Part shown: positions 21,179 through 29,609 of the stretch, one piece after another | Layout: each line of letters starts with the position of its first letter | How positions within the stretch are numbered: position 1 is the first letter of the stretch | DNA from: Lentisphaeria bacterium | Lineage (GTDB): Bacteria > Verrucomicrobiota > Lentisphaeria > Victivallales > Victivallaceae | DNA length: 64,000 bases | Direction of reading: 5' to 3' | Assembly (NCBI GenBank): GCA_017466125.1 | Contig: JAFTUS010000117.1 | Coordinates: 6,324-70,323, forward strand | The notes under the pieces: generated by a model | Databases searched by the model: none | What the model saw: the letters and a program-made list of their open reading frames with translations, nothing else | Told to the model about the DNA's origin: nothing | Position numbers and translations under genes: made by a program

Positions 21179-22963
21179 ATGAGTTATCAATTTGTTTCTG
21201 CACTGGAAAAAGAACTCCGTGCCCGTTTTGAAAAGTTTCCCGCCGATTTGAGCATTTCGCTTGAACGGTGTCCCGCCGGGATGAAGGGGGATTTCGCTGT
21301 CAACTGTTTCCGTTTCGCCAAATACTGCGGCAACCCCATGGCGGCGGCCGCCGCCGTTGCGGAGATCCTGCAGAACCACCCCGATGTGGAAGCCGTTGAA
21401 GTGGTCAAAGCATTCGTCAACGTCACCGTAAAAGCCGCAGCTCTCCACCGGGATACCGTTGCCGATATCGAAAAACTGCTGGAAGATGGAAAACTCCCGG
21501 AAAATCTCCGCCGCCGCATCCTTATCGAATACTCCGCCCCCAACACCAATAAGCCCCAGCACCTCGGCCATGTCCGCAACAACACGCTCGGCATGAGCCT
21601 TGCCGCATTGCTGAAACGGGTCGGCCACGATGTCATTGAAATCAATCTGGTCAACGACCGCGGCATCCATATCTGTAAATCCATGCTGGCTTATCAGCGA
21701 TTCGGAAACAACTGCACTCCGGAAAGTACCGGAATGAAAGGCGATCATCTGGTCGGCAAGTTCTATGTGGAATACAACAAGGCGTTCTCCGAACAGGTCA
21801 AGGCACTGAAAGAATCCAACCCCGAACTGGCGGATAAAGACAGTGAAGAACTTTTCCTCCAAACCGAAATCGGCGCAGCCGCACAGAAGATGCTTCAGGA
21901 CTGGGAAGCCGGAGTGCCGGAAGTCCGCGCCCTCTGGGAAAAAATGAACGGCTGGGTTTTTGACGGTTTCGCCGAAACCTACAAGCGCATGGGCATCGAC
22001 TTTGCACACACCTATCTGGAAAGCCAAACCTATCTGCTGGGAAAAGACATCGTTTCCGCCGGTCTCGAAAAGGGCGTTTTCACCAAACGAGAAGACGGCG
22101 CTGTGATCTGCGACCTCGGAAAAATGGGCAAAAAAGTGGTTCTCCGCAGTGACGGCACCAGCGTTTACATCACACAGGATATGGGAACCACCCTGCGGAA
22201 ATTTGAAGATTACAAACCCCAGAGCCTCATCTGGGTCGTGGGCGATGAACAGAACCTCCACTTCCAGATGCTCTTTGAAATCATGAAACGCCTCGGTTAC
22301 GAATGGGCGGACAGCCTCTATCACCTCTCTTACGGCATGGTCAATCTGCCCACCGGCAAGATGAAAAGCCGTGAAGGTACTGTCGTCGATGCCGACGACC
22401 TCTTCGACGAAATGGCAGGGCTTGCCATGGATGCGTGCAAAGAACGCGGCGGCGATGAACTTTCCGCAGAAGAGTTGAAAAACCGCGGCGAGATCATCGG
22501 TCTCGGTGCATTGAAGTTCATGCTGCTGAAATTCAACCCCAAGACAACGATCATGTTTGACCCCGCCGCCAGTTTGAAATTTGAGGGCGACACCGGCCCC
22601 TACATCCAGTACGCCGCCGCCCGTATCAACTCCATCAAACGCAAAGCCGCCGAAAAAGGCTTTGATTTCAGCGATCCGGATTGGAGCATCCTTACGGCGG
22701 AGGCGGAAAAGAACCTCACCATGACCATCGGCTTCTATCCGGGTATCCTTCAACTTGCGGCAGAACGGCGGGACTGCTCCGGACTGGCGGAATATCTGCT
22801 GGATCTTGCCAAGGCATTCAACCGTTTCTACCGGGAATGTCCGGTTCTGGCGGCAGAAACTCCGGAACTGGTCTCCGCACGTCTGGCACTGGCAGAATCC
22901 TGCCGCCGGGTCATCGTGGACGGTCTGAACACCATGACCATCAAAGTTCCGGATGCCATGTAA
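21179..22963 (+). CDS. argS: Arginine--tRNA ligase
   Basis: EYSAPNTNKPQHLGH, KMKSREG, EGDTGPYIQY. Confidence 0.97.
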   Translation: MSYQFVSALEKELRARFEKFPADLSISLERCPAGMKGDFAVNCFRFAKYCGNPMAAAAAVAEILQNHPDVEAVEVVKAFVNVTVKAAALHRDTVADIEKLLEDGKLPENLRRRILIEYSAPNTNKPQHLGHVRNNTLGMSLAALLKRVGHDVIEINLVNDRGIHICKSMLAYQRFGNNCTPESTGMKGDHLVGKFYVEYNKAFSEQVKALKESNPELADKDSEELFLQTEIGAAAQKMLQDWEAGVPEVRALWEKMNGWVFDGFAETYKRMGIDFAHTYLESQTYLLGKDIVSAGLEKGVFTKREDGAVICDLGKMGKKVVLRSDGTSVYITQDMGTTLRKFEDYKPQSLIWVVGDEQNLHFQMLFEIMKRLGYEWADSLYHLSYGMVNLPTGKMKSREGTVVDADDLFDEMAGLAMDACKERGGDELSAEELKNRGEIIGLGALKFMLLKFNPKTTIMFDPAASLKFEGDTGPYIQYAAARINSIKRKAAEKGFDFSDPDWSILTAEAEKNLTMTIGFYPGILQLAAERRDCSGLAEYLLDLAKAFNRFYRECPVLAAETPELVSARLALAESCRRVIVDGLNTMTIKVPDAM

Positions 22964-22984
22964 GACAGAAAGCAGGGCGGCTCT

Positions 22985-24070
22985 ATGAAACTGATTATAA
23001 CAGCATGGGATTGGCTCTATCTGTCGGCTTTCGGCGGCGGATTGATTTTGACGCTGCTGACGACTCCGCTCTGCAAACGTCTTGCCGTGAAACTGGACTT
23101 CATGGACCGTCCGGCAGACAATCACAAAGGTCATGCCAAAGCGACGCCGCTGCTGGGGGGACTTGCCATGTTCACGGCGTGGCTCATCTGCATCGGCATC
23201 GGGCTTGGTCTGGCGGAAAAAATGGAACTGCTGCAGCCGTATCTCAATGGCTTGAAATCGGTTTTTCTGCCGCTGCTCTCCATCGTTATCGGCGCACTGC
23301 TTGCGGTCGTTCTCGGTCTGATCGATGACAAGTATGCTTTGAAAGCCGGAACAAAGTTTCTCGGACAGTTCATCGTTGCGGCGATCGCAGTGACCTTCGG
23401 CAAGATCCAGATCGGCTTGTTCCTCACCAGTCCGGTACTGGTCTGGTGCATCTCGGTATTCTGGATCATGCTGCTGATGAATTCCATCAACTTTTTCGAT
23501 AACATGGATGGTCTTGCGGTCGGCACGATCGCTGTTGCCATGGGGCTTTTTGCGGTTGTCGCCGGGTTGAACCAGCAATACTTCATCGCGGTATTCGCAG
23601 CGCTCTGCTGCGGTGTCTGCTGCGGCTTCTGGGTCTATAACACCACCCCCGCCTCGATTTTCATGGGGGATTCCGGGAGTCACTTTCTGGGCTACCTTGC
23701 CGCAGTGACGGCGGCGGGCGTGACCTTTTTCAGTCAGGAAAGTTCCGCCACCCGTCTGCCGGTACTGATGCCGCTTTTCATTCTGGCTCTGCCGCTCTTT
23801 GATACGGCAATGGTGGTCATTATCCGCACCTGCAATAAAAAGCCTTTCTGGATCGGGGATCACAACCACATCTCGCACCGTTTTGTCAAAATGGGAATGA
23901 GCCGCAAACGTGCAGTGATGCTGGTGCATCTGCTGGCGTTGACCATCGGCATCGGCGTACTGCCCATTCTCTGGGGAACGCCCGCGACCGCCGGGATCAT
24001 CGTCGCCCAGACAATTCTGCTGCTTCTTGTGATCACCGCTTTGCAATTTTTCGCCGAAAAAAAGGATTGA
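22985..24070 (+). CDS. MraY/WecA-like glycosyltransferase family 4 (undecaprenyl-phosphate GlcNAc-1-P transferase)
   Basis: P..GG, GLIDD, NSINFFDNMDGL, IFMGDSG, D..HISHR; multiple TM segments. Confidence 0.9.
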   Translation: MKLIITAWDWLYLSAFGGGLILTLLTTPLCKRLAVKLDFMDRPADNHKGHAKATPLLGGLAMFTAWLICIGIGLGLAEKMELLQPYLNGLKSVFLPLLSIVIGALLAVVLGLIDDKYALKAGTKFLGQFIVAAIAVTFGKIQIGLFLTSPVLVWCISVFWIMLLMNSINFFDNMDGLAVGTIAVAMGLFAVVAGLNQQYFIAVFAALCCGVCCGFWVYNTTPASIFMGDSGSHFLGYLAAVTAAGVTFFSQESSATRLPVLMPLFILALPLFDTAMVVIIRTCNKKPFWIGDHNHISHRFVKMGMSRKRAVMLVHLLALTIGIGVLPILWGTPATAGIIVAQTILLLLVITALQFFAEKKD

Positions 24071-24073
24071 ACT

Positions 24074-24550
24074 ATGTCGAATGAACCCCGCAAACGTCCC
24101 TCCTGGGATCAGTATTTCATGGACATCGCCCACATGGTTGCGGCACGGAGCAACTGCTCCCGCCGTCAGGTTGCGGCGGTGCTTGTAAGAGATTGCCGGA
24201 TCATCTCTACCGGTTACAATGGAACTCCCCGCGGTGTACGGAACTGCTCTGACGGAGGCTGCCCCCGCTGCAATTCCGACACCCCGTCGGGTCACGGACT
24301 TCATGAATGTCTGTGCAGTCACGCCGAAGAGAACTCCATCGTTCAGGCGGCATATCACGGAATTGCCGTAAAAGGGGCGACGCTCTATACGACTTTCAGT
24401 CCGTGTCTGCAATGTGCAAAAATGATCATCAACGCCGGGATCGTGGAGGTCGTCTACCATCAGCGGTACTCGATCGACGATGTATCAACCCGTCTGCTCA
24501 AAGAGGCGGGCGTTATCATCCGTCCGCTCAAGGAGGAAGAAAATGACTGA
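24074..24550 (+). CDS. dCMP deaminase (ComEB family)
   Basis: RPSWDQYFM, TGYNG, HAEEN, SPCLQCAK. Confidence 0.93.
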   Translation: MSNEPRKRPSWDQYFMDIAHMVAARSNCSRRQVAAVLVRDCRIISTGYNGTPRGVRNCSDGGCPRCNSDTPSGHGLHECLCSHAEENSIVQAAYHGIAVKGATLYTTFSPCLQCAKMIINAGIVEVVYHQRYSIDDVSTRLLKEAGVIIRPLKEEEND

Positions 24551-25040
24551 AAATCCGAAAGACGGCATCATGACGCTCAATGAGGCGGTTTCATGGCGTG
24601 AGGAACTCCGCAAAGCGGGAAAGAAACTGGTCATCACCAATGGCTGTTTTGATTTGCTCCACCGGGGACACGCAGAATATATGTATGAAAGCCGCAACCT
24701 CGGGGATGCACTGCTGGTGCTGACCAATTCCGATGCCTCCGTCCGCGCCCTGAAAGGACCGACCCGCCCGGTGATCGACCAGTACAACCGCGCCTATATG
24801 CTCTCTGCACTGGCAAGCGTGGATGCGGTTGTGATTTTCGATGCGCAGCAGTGCGACAAAGAACTGGCGGCACTTGCCCCGGATATTTACGTCAAAGGCG
24901 GAGACTACACCATCGACAGTCTGAATCCGGTGGAACGGGAAGTATTGCTCAAAGCGGGAACCGAAATCGTTTTCAAGCCCTTCATCCCCGGATTTTCCAC
25001 CACCACCATCGTTGAACGGATCAAAAATGCGGAGAAATAA
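24543..25040 (+). CDS. rfaE2: D-glycero-beta-D-manno-heptose 1-phosphate adenylyltransferase (RfaE domain II)
   Basis: TNGCFDLLHRGH, NSDASV..LKG..RP, YVKGGDY, STT. Confidence 0.88.
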   Translation: MTENPKDGIMTLNEAVSWREELRKAGKKLVITNGCFDLLHRGHAEYMYESRNLGDALLVLTNSDASVRALKGPTRPVIDQYNRAYMLSALASVDAVVIFDAQQCDKELAALAPDIYVKGGDYTIDSLNPVEREVLLKAGTEIVFKPFIPGFSTTTIVERIKNAEK

Positions 25041-25042
25041 TC

Positions 25043-25414
25043 ATGCCCAACGCTGAACAACTTGCCGCAAAAGCGGCGGAACTGCTGAAAAAAGATGCCG
25101 TTATCATTACCGCCGTGGAAATCAAACACAACATCGTCAACCGTATTCAGGTCTACTTCTGGAGCGACGGCGAAGCGGTCATGGACATCATCAACAAAGA
25201 CGATCTGGTGCAAAACTGGCCCGACAGCGGCGTTTACACCCTCAATACCAACGCCAAAAACTGCGATTTTGCTTTCCGCAAAGTGGAGATGTTTGAAGGT
25301 GAAGAAGATATGTATTTCCGCATCGACGGCACCCACGAAGAAGCCGATGATTTCGGTCCACTTCCGACGGTCCTTTTCCTTGAAACAGTCGAAGCGATCT
25401 GCCGCCTGAAATGA
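25043..25414 (+). CDS. Hypothetical protein, DUF3892-like pattern
   Basis: ITAV near the N-terminus and YFRIDG....DDFGPLP near the C-terminus; 2 nt after rfaE2. Confidence 0.55.
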   Translation: MPNAEQLAAKAAELLKKDAVIITAVEIKHNIVNRIQVYFWSDGEAVMDIINKDDLVQNWPDSGVYTLNTNAKNCDFAFRKVEMFEGEEDMYFRIDGTHEEADDFGPLPTVLFLETVEAICRLK

Positions 25415-25426
25415 CCCCGCCCCGGG

Positions 25427-25464
25427 CGGAAACATGCGGCAATACAATTTTCCGCATGTTTCCG
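25427..25464. repeat. 13-bp perfect inverted repeat at the operon end
   Basis: CGGAAACATGCGG / CCGCATGTTTCCG. Confidence 0.6.
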
Positions 25465-25563
25465 GAGTCCTCAACACAGCGGACATCTCGAACAAAAATG
25501 TTGTAACTGTTGATGCAAGTTACAGTTACCAAAAATAATTTTACATTTTTTTCAATTTTGCTA

Positions 25564-25591
25564 TTGCTTTTTTAAAAAAAATCAATATAAT
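25564..25591 (+). promoter_or_regulatory. Promoter of the RRM gene
   Basis: TTGCTT-N16-TATAAT. Confidence 0.5.
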
Positions 25592-25787
25592 TACTGTTAG
25601 ACTATATTTCGATATAGTGTTTCAGGTAGATTTTTACGACAGCAGAAGGTTCTGCTGTTTTGATCTTGCTGTTGATTTTCTGACTGTTTGATACTCAGTC
25701 TCTTCCCTGCGGTTCAGGTTGTTGCAGTAATGATCTTCGTAATAAAAAACTAAAAAAAAGCAAACAGGGAAGCAGAAAAAGGAAAAA

Positions 25788-26069
25788 ATGAACATCTACG
25801 TCGGAAATCTGCCGTACGCCGTCAACCGTGACGGTCTGAGAGAACTCTTTGCCGCCTACGGCGAAGTCACCTCTGCCCGCATCGTCATCGACCGGGAAAA
25901 CAACCGTTCCAAAGGATTCGGCTTTGTGGAAATGCCCAACGACGAACAGGCACGTCAGGCTGTCGAAGCTCTCAACGCTCAGGAAGTTGACGGCCGCAAG
26001 ATCGTCGTCAATGAAGCACGTCCCCGCGAAGAACGCCCCCGCCGCGAATTCACTAAACGTGAAAACTGA
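25788..26069 (+). CDS. Single-RRM RNA-binding protein
   Basis: IYVGNL (RNP2), SKGFGFVEM (RNP1), VNEARPR. Confidence 0.95.
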   Translation: MNIYVGNLPYAVNRDGLRELFAAYGEVTSARIVIDRENNRSKGFGFVEMPNDEQARQAVEALNAQEVDGRKIVVNEARPREERPRREFTKREN

Positions 26070-26092
26070 TCCCGCTGAGTTTTAAGACTCCG

Positions 26093-26129
26093 AAATGGCT
26101 GTTGCCTTCAAAAAGCAACAGCCATTTTT
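26093..26129 (+). terminator. Terminator of the RRM gene
   Basis: AAATGGCTGTTGC/GCAACAGCCATTT stem followed by T run. Confidence 0.75.
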
Positions 26130-26142
26130 GTACGTACAAAAC

Positions 26143-26173
26143 AAAAAAACTGCCGTGAAATCACGGCAGTTTT
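26143..26173 (-). terminator. Terminator of the GGGtGRT operon
   Basis: AAAACTGCCGTGA/TCACGGCAGTTTT stem with a T7 run on the minus strand. Confidence 0.8.
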
Positions 26174-26194
26174 CGTATTTATCAGAAAGACTGA

Positions 26195-27193
26195 TTATTT
26201 GGCCTGAGCCACAGCCACGGCGACGGCGACAGAAGCACCGACCATGGGGTTGTTGCCCATACCGATCAAGCCCATCATTTCCACGTGAGCGGGAACAGAG
26301 CTGGAACCGGCAAACTGAGCATCGCCGTGCATACGGCCCATGGTATCAGTCATGCCGTAACTGGCAGGACCGGCAGCCATATTGTCCGGATGCAGGGTAC
26401 GGCCGGTACCGCCGCCGGAGGCGACGCTGAAATACTTGCGGCCGTTTTCGATCGCCCACTTCTTGTAGGTTCCGGCGACAGGGTGCTGGAAACGGGTGGG
26501 GTTGGTGGAGTTACCGGTGATGGAGACATCGACGCCTTCGGCGATCATGATGGCAACACCTTCGCTCACATCGTCAGCACCATAGCACTTGACAGCGGCT
26601 TTGGGGCCGTCGGAGAACTTGGTTTCTTTGACGACTTTGAGTTCGCCGGTGAAATAGTTGTATTCGGTTTCGACGTGGGTGAAACCGTTGATACGGCTGA
26701 TGATGTAAGAAGCATCTTTGCCCAGACCGTTCAGGATAACGCGGAGGGGTTCCTTACGGACTTTATTGGCAGTCTTGGCAATGCCGATGGCACCTTCGGC
26801 GGCGGCGAAAGATTCGTGACCGGCGAGGAAGCAGAAGCACTTGGTCTCTTCACGCAGCAGCATGGCGGCCAGATTGCCGTGGCCGAGACCCACGAGACGG
26901 GAATCGGCAACAGAACCGGGGATGCAGAAAGCCTGAAGACCTTTGCCGATGAGTTCGGCGGCTTCGGCAGCATCTTTGGCACCCTTCTGGAAAGCGAAAG
27001 CAGCACCCAGAGTGTATGCCCAGACGGCATTTTCAAACGCGATGGGCTGAACGCCCTTCACGATTTCTTCAACATTGACACCTTTGGCAAGGCAAAGGTC
27101 GCGGGCGGCTTCGAGGGACTCCAAGCCGATTTCTTCCAACGCTTTATTGATCTGTGCGATCCGGCGTTCGTAACCTTCAAATGTAACGCTCAT
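26195..27193 (-). CDS. GGGtGRT family protein
   Basis: SVASGGGTGRTLHPDNM signature, GLGHGNL, AGHESFAAAEG. Confidence 0.93.
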   Translation of the reverse strand: MSVTFEGYERRIAQINKALEEIGLESLEAARDLCLAKGVNVEEIVKGVQPIAFENAVWAYTLGAAFAFQKGAKDAAEAAELIGKGLQAFCIPGSVADSRLVGLGHGNLAAMLLREETKCFCFLAGHESFAAAEGAIGIAKTANKVRKEPLRVILNGLGKDASYIISRINGFTHVETEYNYFTGELKVVKETKFSDGPKAAVKCYGADDVSEGVAIMIAEGVDVSITGNSTNPTRFQHPVAGTYKKWAIENGRKYFSVASGGGTGRTLHPDNMAAGPASYGMTDTMGRMHGDAQFAGSSSVPAHVEMMGLIGMGNNPMVGASVAVAVAVAQAK

Positions 27194-27204
27194 GACGAAA
27201 CTCC

Positions 27205-27909
27205 TTATTCCTTGCGGGGGTCGATCTTCTTGACGGCTTCATCGAAGCGGCCATAACTCTTGACATTCGCCTCAAAGGCTTCAGCGGGGGCAACACCCTT
27301 GCGGATGGCTTCCATCATCTTGCCGAGGTGAACGAACTTGTAACCGATGATCTCACTGTTGGCATCGAGACCGATTTCCAGAACATAGCCTTCGGCCATT
27401 TCCAGATAGCGGGGTCCTTTTTCCAGCGTGGAGAACATGGTTCCGACCTGGGAACGGAGTCCTTTGCCGAGGTCTTCGAGACCGGCGCCGATGGGCAGAC
27501 CGTTTTCGGAGAAAGCAGTCTGGGTACGGCCATAAACGATCTGTTTGAAGAGTTCGCGCATAGCCACGTTGATGGCGTCGCAAACGAGGTCGGAGTTAAG
27601 GGCTTCGAGAAGGGTTTTGCCGGGCAGGATCTCAGATGCCATAGCGGCAGAGTGGGTCATGCCGGAGCAGCCGAGGGTTTCGACCAATGCTTCCTGGATG
27701 ATACCGTCTTTGACGTTGAGGGTCAATTTGCAGGCACCCTGCTGAGGGGCGCACCAGCCCACACCGTGGGTCAGACCGGAGATATCGCTGATCTGTTTGG
27801 ATTTTACCCATTTGCCTTCTTCCGGAATCGGAGCAGGACCGTGGTTGGCACCTTTGGTGACCTTGCACATCTGCTCGACTTCGTGCGAACACTGATACGG
27901 ACAACTCAT
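27205..27909 (-). CDS. NifU/IscU-like scaffold domain protein, usual partner of GGGtGRT
   Basis: GWCAPQQGACKLTL, ETLGCSG, LVCDAIN cysteine motifs. Confidence 0.85.
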   Translation of the reverse strand: MSCPYQCSHEVEQMCKVTKGANHGPAPIPEEGKWVKSKQISDISGLTHGVGWCAPQQGACKLTLNVKDGIIQEALVETLGCSGMTHSAAMASEILPGKTLLEALNSDLVCDAINVAMRELFKQIVYGRTQTAFSENGLPIGAGLEDLGKGLRSQVGTMFSTLEKGPRYLEMAEGYVLEIGLDANSEIIGYKFVHLGKMMEAIRKGVAPAEAFEANVKSYGRFDEAVKKIDPRKE

Positions 27910-28091
27910 GAGTTGTTCTCCTTAGGTTTTGTTTTTAGTTTCAAAAGCGGATTTACATATCTCATAATATACACCGCTTTTCAGAAATTTCACGTCATTA
28001 TTACAAAAAAATCACTTTTTTCCGTCAGGCAATTACGATCATCCGCAAAATCACCGCTTTTGAAAAATCACATGATAGTTGTAAATCTCTC

Positions 28092-28119
28092 TTGAAAAAC
28101 CGAAATACAGTGGTATATT
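28092..28119 (+). promoter_or_regulatory. Promoter of gatB
   Basis: TTGAAA-N16-TATATT with TG extension. Confidence 0.5.
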
Positions 28120-28163
28120 TTACAGCATGTATAGTTGTAAATCAATAATTTCAGGAAATTCAC

Positions 28164-29606
28164 ATGAAATATGAAACTGTGATCGGTCTTGAGGTACACG
28201 TTCAGGTTCGTACCGCAAGCAAGATGTTCTGCTCCTGCCCCAATAAATACGGAGCCGAACCCAATACGTTGATCTGCCCCGTCTGCATGGGGTATCCCGG
28301 AACTCTGCCCGTCCCGAACCATGAGGCGATCAGAAAGTGCATCCGAGCCGGTTTGCTGACCGAATGTAAAATCGCTCAATTCAGCAAATTCGACCGCAAA
28401 AGTTACTTCTATCCCGACCTGGTGAAGAATTATCAGATCTCCCAGTTCGATCTGCCCTTCTGCGAAAACGGCCGCCTCAAAATCGGCGGCAAGGGATTTT
28501 CCGGCGAAGAGATGGAAGAAAAATTTGTCGGCATCACCCGTATCCACCTCGAAGAAGACCCCGCAAAACTGAACCATGAACACGGCTCCACCGGGGCGGA
28601 CTACAACCGTTCCGGCGTTCCGCTGCTGGAAGTCGTCGGCGAACCCGATCTGCGTTCCGCCGATGAAGCATACGCCTATTTGACCGCCCTCAAAGAGATC
28701 ATGCAGTACGGCGACATCAGCGACTGCGATATGGAAAAAGGACAGATGCGCTGCGATGTGAACATCTCTCTGCGCCCCGTCGGGCAGAAAGAGTTCGGTA
28801 CCAAGATCGAACTCAAAAACCTCAACAGTTTCCGCGCCGCCCACCGTGCCATCGAATTTGAAATGTGGCGGCAGGCAGACATCCTCGACAAAGGCGGCAA
28901 ACTCCGTCAGGAGACCCGCGGCTGGAACGATGATGCCGGTGAAAGTTATCTCATGCGCACCAAAGAACAGGCGCAGGATTACCGTTACTTCCCCGATCCG
29001 GACCTGATGCCCGTCACGCTGACGGATGCCGACATCGAAGAGGTGCGCGCCGCCCTGCCCGAACTCCCCGAAGCCAAACGTCAGCGGTTCGTCAACTCCT
29101 ACGGCATCAGTGAATACGATGCCAATGTGCTTACGGCAGACCGTTTCCTTGCCGACTATTTCGACAAAGCGGCGGCAAAATCCTCCAATCCCCAGTTGAT
29201 CGCCAACTGGATCGGTTCGGAACTGCTGCGGGAACTCGGCAATGCCAAAATTTCCATCGGCGAATGTAAGATCACTCCCGATGCCCTCGCCGAACTGGTC
29301 ACTTTGATCGAAAAGAAAACCATCAACGGCAAAATCGCCAAAGAGGTCTTTGCTGAAATGTTCGCCAACGGCGGTATGCCCGAAGCCATCGTGAAGGAAA
29401 AAGGCCTCGTTCAGGTCGCCGATTCCGGTGCGATCGCCGCCATCGCCGCAGAAGCCATTGCCGCCAACCCCAAACAGGTCGAACAGTACAAGGCAGGCAA
29501 TGAACGGGTACTGCAATTCTTTGTCGGTCAGGTCATGAAGTTGAGCAAAGGCAAAGCCAATCCGCAAATGGCAGCAGAGGAACTGAAAAAACTGCTTCAG
29601 GAGTAA
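28164..29606 (+). CDS. gatB: Asp/Glu-tRNA amidotransferase subunit B
   Basis: IGLEVHVQ, YFYPDL, MRCDVNIS, DYRYFPDPDL, GQVMK. Confidence 0.97.
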   Translation: MKYETVIGLEVHVQVRTASKMFCSCPNKYGAEPNTLICPVCMGYPGTLPVPNHEAIRKCIRAGLLTECKIAQFSKFDRKSYFYPDLVKNYQISQFDLPFCENGRLKIGGKGFSGEEMEEKFVGITRIHLEEDPAKLNHEHGSTGADYNRSGVPLLEVVGEPDLRSADEAYAYLTALKEIMQYGDISDCDMEKGQMRCDVNISLRPVGQKEFGTKIELKNLNSFRAAHRAIEFEMWRQADILDKGGKLRQETRGWNDDAGESYLMRTKEQAQDYRYFPDPDLMPVTLTDADIEEVRAALPELPEAKRQRFVNSYGISEYDANVLTADRFLADYFDKAAAKSSNPQLIANWIGSELLRELGNAKISIGECKITPDALAELVTLIEKKTINGKIAKEVFAEMFANGGMPEAIVKEKGLVQVADSGAIAAIAAEAIAANPKQVEQYKAGNERVLQFFVGQVMKLSKGKANPQMAAEELKKLLQE

Positions 29607-29609
29607 AAC

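Noticed and set aside
21125-24460. 1111-aa minus-strand ORF
   Set aside because: Antisense to argS, GT4 and dCMP deaminase; shadow frame.
25502-25524. TGTAACT-N9-AGTTACA palindrome
   Set aside because: Short, with a different spacer from the 38244 palindrome; no factor can be assigned.
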